Assembly: GCF_006345805.1 (NCBI RefSeq)
Contig: NW_021835557.1
Span: 1 to 39,881 of the forward strand
From: Octopus sinensis
Taxonomy: Eukaryota
Reading direction: 5' to 3'
DNA length: 39,881 nucleotides
Shown piece after piece: positions 35,341 through 39,881 of this stretch (positions within the stretch are counted from its first letter, which is position 1; every line of letters starts with the position of its first letter). A program made the position numbers and the translations under genes. Under the pieces are notes generated by a model. That model was given only the letters and a program-made list of their open reading frames with translations, searched no databases and was not told the DNA's origin.

Positions 35341-35706
35341 GTCATAATGGTTGTCGTCGTCGTCGTCTTGGTGTTTTCCTTATTTCAAAGCATTCTCCAT
35401 TTGTTTAGAAACCCACAATGAAAATAAACGTGCCAACGGACGGGTGGGGTGGAGGCACCGAGCGGAGCTAATTAAATATCCACCACCACCACCACCACCA
35501 CTACCAAACCACACCGGCACATATTAGTCTAGAAGAAGTGACCCACCCAGCTGGAGATGTTTCAATCTCTTTTGATACAAGGTGGAGGGCGGGTGAGGGT
35601 GGAGTGGTTAAAAAACAAATAAATAAACGAATAGAAAAGACAAAAAACAACAATGGTCAGATCAGCATCATTATCTCACTTTTGCTACTACTACTACTAC
35701 TACTAC

Positions 35707-35747
<41 letters not shown>

Positions 35748-35835
35748 GTAGTAGTAGTAATAATAATAATAATAATAATAATAATGATGATGATGATGAT
35801 GATGATGATGATTATGATGATGACGATTATGATGA

Positions 35836-35868
<33 letters not shown>

Positions 35869-35874
35869 GTGATC

Positions 35875-35960
35875 CTTTTTTGGGTGGACTAGTCGATTAC
35901 ATCGACCCACCCCACTGCATGACTGGTACTTAATTGATCGACCCCGAAAGGATGAAAAGT
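35875..35960 (-). mobile_element. Family-A SINE fragment
   Basis: TAGTCGATTACATCGACC..ACTGGTACTTAATTGATCGACCCCGAAAGGATGAAA. Confidence 0.8.
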
Positions 35961-36109
35961 ATTAATAATAATAAATAAATAAAATTTTTAAAGGAAAACG
36001 TAAATTTTCCTTCCGGAGTCATGACGAGTCTTTAGAGTCAGTTTTCCGATTTCAATGGCGTGTATATATACGCCACCCGAACGAGACGCCGGACCATCGC
36101 AAGATTAAT

Positions 36110-36230
36110 CATTTTTGCCAGTTGAGTTGACTGCAGCAACGTCGATTGAAGTGTTTTGCTCAAGAACACAACGTGTTACCCGGTCCAGGAATCGAAACCA
36201 CAAGCTTACGATTATTAGCCCAAAATAGCA
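36110..36230 (-). mobile_element. Family-B SINE core fragment
   Basis: CATTTTTGCCAG..AAGTGTTTTGCTCAAGAACACAAC..CCGGTCCAGGAATCGAAACC. Confidence 0.8.
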
Positions 36231-36395
36231 CATCTCAGTTACATACATGCATACATACATACATGTATATATGTATGTGTATATATGTATATATATATAT
36301 ATGTGTGTGTGTGTGTATGCATGCATGTATATGTATATGCATGCGCATGTACGTGTGTATATATATATATGTATATATATGTATATATACATGTG

Positions 36396-36426
<31 letters not shown>

Positions 36427-37145
36427 ATATTCACACATTCACATACACATATTAAGGTATGAAAATACGCACATACAACGCATCAGCAAATACACACCAA
36501 CACATATATACACAAACCACCCACATTACACAAACACATTAAAATACGAATGCACATGTATACACACACACACACTGTACATACAAATGACTTTTACAAA
36601 GAAAAATCGGTTTTCCAAAACGCATTTCTTTGTTAGATTTTCTTTTGATTAAAAAAAAAAAAGAAGAAAGAAAGACAAAAACAAAAACTTAAAACAAGGA
36701 TAATAAAAAAAAAAGCAACAAACCAAGATGTCTGCCAGGAAGCGAGTCTGTCTAATTTCGAGGAATTTTATTTATCTTAACGGCACCGTTCGCCGTTGTT
36801 CTGCGACTTCCACTGGATTCTTCCACTGTCATTCCTTATCATCTCTTCATCTCAAACCATTCAAGAGAATCTCGGTTCCTGCAGGTGTCGCTCAAAACGC
36901 ACACACACACACACACACACACATACACACACACACACATATACATATACACACGGTGACATGGACACACACACACATCCACACTCATACATACAAACAC
37001 ATACACACACATATATATATAAATACATATATATATATATATATATATACGTATATATATATATATATATATCTATATACATGTATATATATGCATATGT
37101 ATATGTATATATGTATACATATATATATATGTATGTATGTATATA

Positions 37146-37184
<39 letters not shown>

Positions 37185-37329
37185 GCATCCATTCGTACTG
37201 ACATACACGCGCAAGCAATTATACTGAAACAAACTGATGCATATACGCACACACAGACTCAGAGGCCAATTAATTAAAACTGTATACTAATTAACTGTGT
37301 ACGACAATGGAAGAGGATGTGATGACATT

Positions 37330-37750
37330 GGTGGTGGTGGTGGTGGTGGTGGGGTGGTGGTGGTGGTGGTGGTGGTGCTGCTGCTGCTGCTGCTGGTGGC
37401 GGCGGCGGTGTGGTGGTAGCGGCAGTGGTGGTGGTAGTGGTGGTGACTGTGGTAGTAGTAGTTGTGGTGGTGGTGATGGTGGTGGCTGTGTTGCTAGTAG
37501 TGTTGATGTTACATGTCGGTCGTTCTTGTAGTTTAGTGTTGTCGTAGGAGCAGTTGGAGTTGTGGTAGTTGCGATGGTAGTAGTGGTACTGGTGTTGGTG
37601 TTGTTGTTGTTAGTGGTTACAGTTCTGAAGCAGTTGTGATAGCGTCAGTAGTAGTAGTAGTAGTAGTAGTGTGGTGGTGGTGGTGGTGATGGTGGTGGTG
37701 GTGGTGATGGTGGTGGTGGTGGTCGTCGTCGTGATGGTGATGGTGGTCAA
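37330..37750. repeat. GGT/GCT/GTA triplet mosaic
   Basis: Directly visible. Confidence 0.9.
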
Positions 37751-38381
37751 ACTGCCTTCATTTCACTCCCCAAACACCACCCTCCCCACGCCCCAGCAAC
37801 TGTCTTTTAGCAAAAGATTGGACACTTTGTGTAATGTAGCCCAAGATACACTTGTCTGAATAAATTACGGAACGTTCAAAGATGGAATGTCTTTGATGAG
37901 GCGTCTGTTGGATCAGGAATGAGCGAAATTTCAACTACAACAACAACAACAACAACAACAGCAACCAGAACAGCAGCAGCAGCAGCGGCCGTTGCTTACC
38001 CCGACGACATGAACAATAACGAGAACCACACAAACATCTACGGACATACACTACACAGCGTCGTACACATGCAACATTATTAAATGCTTGTCAAATTTAA
38101 GAACTACAATAGTTCGTGTTTGTTTTTTTAATATGTAAACAAATTTTCTATATGCTTTCGGTGCAAATGGGTTTTGCAATCCTGTGAATAATAATATTGA
38201 TATTTTTATATAAGCTTAAAGTTTATGGCGATCACCGTGCAATGGTTAAGAAACAGCGCCTATAAAAAACCATTCGCACCAAAGAGAGACAGAGAAGAGA
38301 CAAAGACAGAGAGAGAGGGAGAGAGAGAGAGAGAGAGGAGAGACAGAGAAGAGACAAAGACAGAGAGAGAGGGAGAGAGAG

Positions 38382-38423
<42 letters not shown>

Positions 38424-38449
38424 AAGGGAAGTTGTGGACCAGAAAAACA

Positions 38450-38853
38450 TTAAAAACGTCAGCGTGAAATCTTAGACGCCAAACAGGCGGCGCCAAAACA
38501 GCGGCGGCAAAACGGCTGTGCCAAAACCCCTTAAAAACGTCAGCGTGAAATCTTAGACGACAAACAGGCGGCGCCAAAACAGCAGCGGCAAAACGGCTGT
38601 GCCAAAACCCCTTAAAAACGTCAGCGTGAAATCTTAGACGCCAAACAGGCGGCGCCAAAACAGCGGCGGCAAAACGGCTGTGCCAACACCCCTTAAAACG
38701 TCAGCGTGAATCTTAGACGCCAACAAGCGGCGCCAAAACAGCAGCGGCAAAACGGCTGTGCCAAAACCCCTTAAAAACGTCAGCGTGAAATCTTAGACGC
38801 CAAACAGGCGGCGCCAAAACAGCGGCAGCAAAACGGCTGTGCCAAAACCCCTT
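38450..38853. repeat. 81-bp GC-rich minisatellite, 5 units
   Basis: Units start at 38450, 38531, 38612, 38693 and 38771; the fourth is 78 bp. Confidence 0.95.
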
Positions 38854-39045
38854 ATACCCCGTTAAGCGTTTCTGATGCAATAGCATAACTGAATCTTTAA
38901 ATGACAGACTTTTACAAAGGCCCAGTTATACAACTAGGGTATACGGTCGTGCTGCGAGAATTTGAGGAACCGACTGTTGACAGTTGACGGTGTGAACAAT
39001 TCAACCTGGTTTATTTTAATGAATTTCTTTTTTTATTTATGCACA

Positions 39046-39115
39046 AGTTTGCAAGAAGATTCTCAAGAACCTTCCAGATAAATAGTTATTTGGGTCTAGA
39101 TCGGGAAGAGGTGAA
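39046..39115 (-). mobile_element. Short Tc1/mariner transposase relic
   Basis: Minus strand PLPDLDPNNY then, after a frameshift, IWKVLEN; resembles SPDLNPxDYxxWxxLE. Confidence 0.4.
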
Positions 39116-39212
39116 TGCATTTTTTCTTCAATATTTTCATACATATGTGTGTGCGTGTGTATGTTTGTGTGTTTGTGTGTAAGGGTGTAAGTGTGTGTGT
39201 TTATGCATGTAC

Positions 39213-39250
<38 letters not shown>

Positions 39251-39318
39251 ATATATATACATACATACATACATTATATATATATATATAGATATATATA
39301 TATATATATTTATTTTTA

Positions 39319-39421
39319 TTTTATAGAAGGAGCTTCTACGGACTAGAACGTTTCATTCAAATGAAATCATGATTTCATTTGAATGAAACAGTTCTAGTCT
39401 GTAGAAGCTCCTTCTATAAAA
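39319..39421. repeat. 103-bp near-perfect palindrome without spacer
   Basis: Centre TCATGA at 39367-39372; arms differ by one substitution and one 1-nt indel. Confidence 0.95.
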
Positions 39422-39498
39422 AAAATTAATTACTTGCTATGTATTGAGTACCTTATTTACTGTGGTTAACCGACTCAACCCGGGACTACATATATATA

Positions 39499-39544
<46 letters not shown>

Positions 39545-39881
39545 TAAGTATATATATATATATATATATACACATATATATACATATATATTTATACACG
39601 AATACAACACATATATGCTGCGTGTGCATATGTATGTATATTGGAGTGTATGTAGGTGTTTGTTTATGGATATATATATACATATACGTGCGTATGCATG
39701 CATATATGCATGTATGCATATATACATATACATATAAATATATATATTGATAGAAAGAGCAAGACAAGAAAAGAATGAAAGAGACTTCGATATTATGTAA
39801 ATAGAGGAATTTATCTGTAAATATATGTGACAATTATTCGGTACCATGATAACACTCCGAATCTCAGATGTCGGGGCGGAA

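Noticed and set aside
38450-38853. CRISPR-like interpretation of the 81-bp array
   Set aside because: Units are contiguous with no unique spacers, there are no cas genes and the context is eukaryotic.

Overview
Eukaryotic, AT-rich, repeat-dominated intronic or intergenic DNA, most likely from an octopus (inferred from the tRNA-derived SINE families and very high microsatellite density; not database-checked). No host protein-coding gene can be supported, and nearly all ORFs in the supplied track are microsatellite or tandem-repeat artefacts. The window holds more than 25 SINE copies or fragments from about four families, decayed Tc1/mariner pieces, a Tigger-like MITE, a Helentron-like element and two decayed Penelope-like (PLE) RT/GIY-YIG remnants (22600-22978 minus, 27682-28590 plus). 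The most interesting structure is at 30219-30805. It is a tRNA-headed element with an (AAT)n linker and a body carrying a minimal type I hammerhead ribozyme motif. It is present as two inverted copies around one Pol III-type head, about 1.6 kb from a PLE ORF remnant, which suggests a SINE/retrozyme-like non-autonomous PLE partner. Other notable structures are a 57-bp array amplified from inside a SINE, an 81-bp CpG-rich TTAA-delimited array with E2F-consensus sites, a 103-bp spacerless palindrome and a 93-nt pri-miRNA-like hairpin. Family names come from recalled consensus motifs and need Dfam/Repbase confirmation; boundaries of degenerate elements are approximate.
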